Shown here: piece by piece, positions 61,651 through 64,000 of the stretch | Layout of the letters: every line of letters begins with the position of its first letter | Position numbering within the stretch: position 1 is the stretch's first letter | NCBI RefSeq assembly: GCF_006345805.1 | Contig: NC_042997.1 | Span: forward strand, 199,764,001-199,828,000 | From: Octopus sinensis | Taxonomy: Eukaryota | Direction of reading: 5' to 3' | DNA: 64,000 nt | The notes under the pieces: generated by a model | Told to the model about the DNA's origin: nothing | Databases searched by the model: none | The model's input: the letters and a program-made list of their open reading frames with translations, nothing else | Made by a program: the position numbers and the translations under genes

Positions 61651-62679
61651 GAAAAATTCAAATATGAACAACTGCTGACTTATTACAAAGCATAAACTTA
61701 TCTGCAGTACTCATTGATTACTGGCTGACAGAATATCTGAAACTGACCATCACTGCAATCTTACATACATGCACACTTTATACAATATTTATGTCATCCT
61801 TTGAAATGTAAGCCTTCTCACATGCCAAGATTTTAAAGAAAGTTCACTATGAGAGATATCTCACATTTATCACTGCTACTACAGCAATGATATATGTTCT
61901 CTCATCTGTTTAATCATATCAATGTAGTATAAACTTTGTGCTGCTACCTTACTATTTTTCTTTTATGGTGTTAGGCAAGAAGGGGGACTTTACCAATGAT
62001 TTAATCCTATAATATGCCTAACTCTGGTTTACTTTCAAAACCTACACCAAGCATTTTAGTCAATTTTTCTTCCTGAGAAATATAAATATTTCAGTATCTC
62101 TCTTCTCTCCCCTAGTTTTCTTGCAAGCCATAGTTTTTTTTAAACAGATTCTATCCACTTATCTCTCTAATTCTTTAACACTATTAGTACAGAATTAACA
62201 GCTCTACAACAGTACATTCGTAATAATCTTGATTCTGTTTCTTTTCTTTTCTTCTGTCAACCTCAATGCTTCCTAGGGCTCCCCTCTATTTCCTCTACAT
62301 TCAGTAACTTCTAACATTAATTCACAGCCCTTTACTATGAGGCAAGTATAACCCTTTCATATTCTTTCCCATACCAGAGAATAAAAAAAAAAAAGGAAAG
62401 AGGAATACTGGCATATTTTTAGCAAAATGAATTTTAAAATAAAAGAAATTAAATGAAATAAGCAGTTTAGAAGGTAACGATAGCTCAAACATTTTCAGGC
62501 TGACTGATGAAACTGGGGCCATAACAGAAAAAAGTGATGAGAAATTACCAGACACTGGTGTACTGATGTGCTCCAGCATGGCCACAGCTCATTAGCTGAA
62601 ACTGGAAAAATCAAAATCAAATCAATCATAGCAATTTCAATAATTCAACTGTACTAGTTACATAGCGTTTGTGTGTGTG

Positions 62680-63063
62680 CGCAGGAGTGCCTGTGTAGTA
62701 AGTAGCTAGCTTACCAACTACATGGTTCCAGGTTCAGTCCCACTGTGTGACACCCTGGGTGAGTGTCTTCTGCTACAGCCTTGGGCTGACCAAAGCCTTG
62801 TGAGTGAATTTGGTAGATGGAAACAGAAAAAAACCTGTCATATATATGTGTGTGTGTGCATTTGTGTTTGTCCCCCCACCATTGCTTGACAACCAATGTT
62901 GGTGTGTTTATGTCCTCATAACTTAGTGGTTTGGCAAAAGAGACTGATACAATAAGTACTAGGCTTACAAAGAATAAATCCTGGGGTCAATTTGGTCAAC
63001 TAAAGGCGTTGCTCCAGCATGGACACAGTCAAATGACTGAAACAAATAAAAGGACAAAAGAAA
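62680..63063 (+). mobile_element. CORE-SINE, tail type A
   Basis: GCAGGAGTGCCTGTGTAGTAAGTAGC...GCTCCAGCATGGACACAGTCAAATGACTGAAAC. Confidence 0.88.
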
Positions 63064-64000
63064 AACAATAAAAGAATATACTGAGATTCTGAAAGTACCT
63101 AGCTTTCATTTCTATTCACTAAACAAGGTCTTCATAGAATGACCTTCAAACTAACCTAACTTCTAGTTGCATTTATTTAGGGTTCATCTGGTATCTGACT
63201 AACATGGCAGCAATCCTATGTTTTGGATTCTAAATAATGACAATGTAGAACTAAAGAATTGTGGAAACTTTGAGAAGCTGTTATTTACTTGCAAGTGACA
63301 ACTTTTATCATTAGAGTCAAGAGGCTATTTAGTATGATTTGGTCCAACGATGCCATCATTATCTTAGAATAATCTAAAATGTACAAGACCATTTAAATTA
63401 ATAACATTGTCTCAATGAGAGATATTTGTAAGAAGCTTTATTGAAATTTGTAATTGCATTTGCATCTGGCCTGCAATAAAACTTCCCATCAGCCTACACA
63501 CACAAGCTAATTTGCATAAATGCTATAGGTCAAAAATGAAACAAACTTTAGCATGTATGTACTAAAGTTACCATTATTAATACAAATTATTGATTAAAAG
63601 TGTATTAAGTGCAAAATTGTATAAGACTGAATTATTCTGTAAGTTTAACATCATTGATTTATCCAAAATAAAATGATTTCAAAAATCAACTTTGGGAAAT
63701 AGTTATTTCAGAATGCTGGCTTTATAGAGGAGATAAGATTTAAAATGGCTACAAAGAGAAGTTTCCAACCAAAACACTGCCTTTATAATATAACAGCATA
63801 CAAAAATACAGTTTTGTTGTTTCTCTTTCCTATACAAATTCATGCAGATACAGACAATCAGGTGCACACTAAATCCAGTCATTATCCTTGATTGTTAATG
63901 TAGTTTTTTACTTCTAAAATCTGGCTAATTTTAGAAATATATTTTGCTAAAGCAGCTCTGAAAACTCTTGTTCACATAATTTTCAAAAATTCTTTTCTGA

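Overview
AT-rich eukaryotic DNA that is essentially non-coding and dense in transposable elements. The SINE families (tRNA+CORE OR1/OR2-like, OK-like), RTE/CR1 LINE relics and microsatellites point to a cephalopod, most likely Octopus (inference from repeat motifs, no database search). I found no host protein-coding exon, rRNA, genuine tRNA gene or CRISPR array that I can support; the ORFs in the track are TE fragments or chance ORFs in repeats. Well-supported elements: a full-length 1291-bp D,D34D mariner with 37-bp TIRs (7594-8884), a DD41D Tc1/mariner 3' fragment beside it, TTAA-flanked piggyBac-type derivatives, Helitron/DINE-like non-autonomous elements, several RTE and CR1 LINE fragments and dozens of SINEs. 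The most unusual region is 12960-16520. It is a Penelope-like cluster with a near-perfect 131-bp palindrome that encodes two back-to-back type I hammerhead ribozymes, a third hammerhead with an extended stem II, a larger inverted repeat, and a C-poor but CpG-rich segment. Two sites look like templated-insertion repair scars (48797-49339 copied from 55651-56200; a fold-back hairpin plus a 180-bp duplication at 24727-26050). Boundaries of decayed repeats are approximate.
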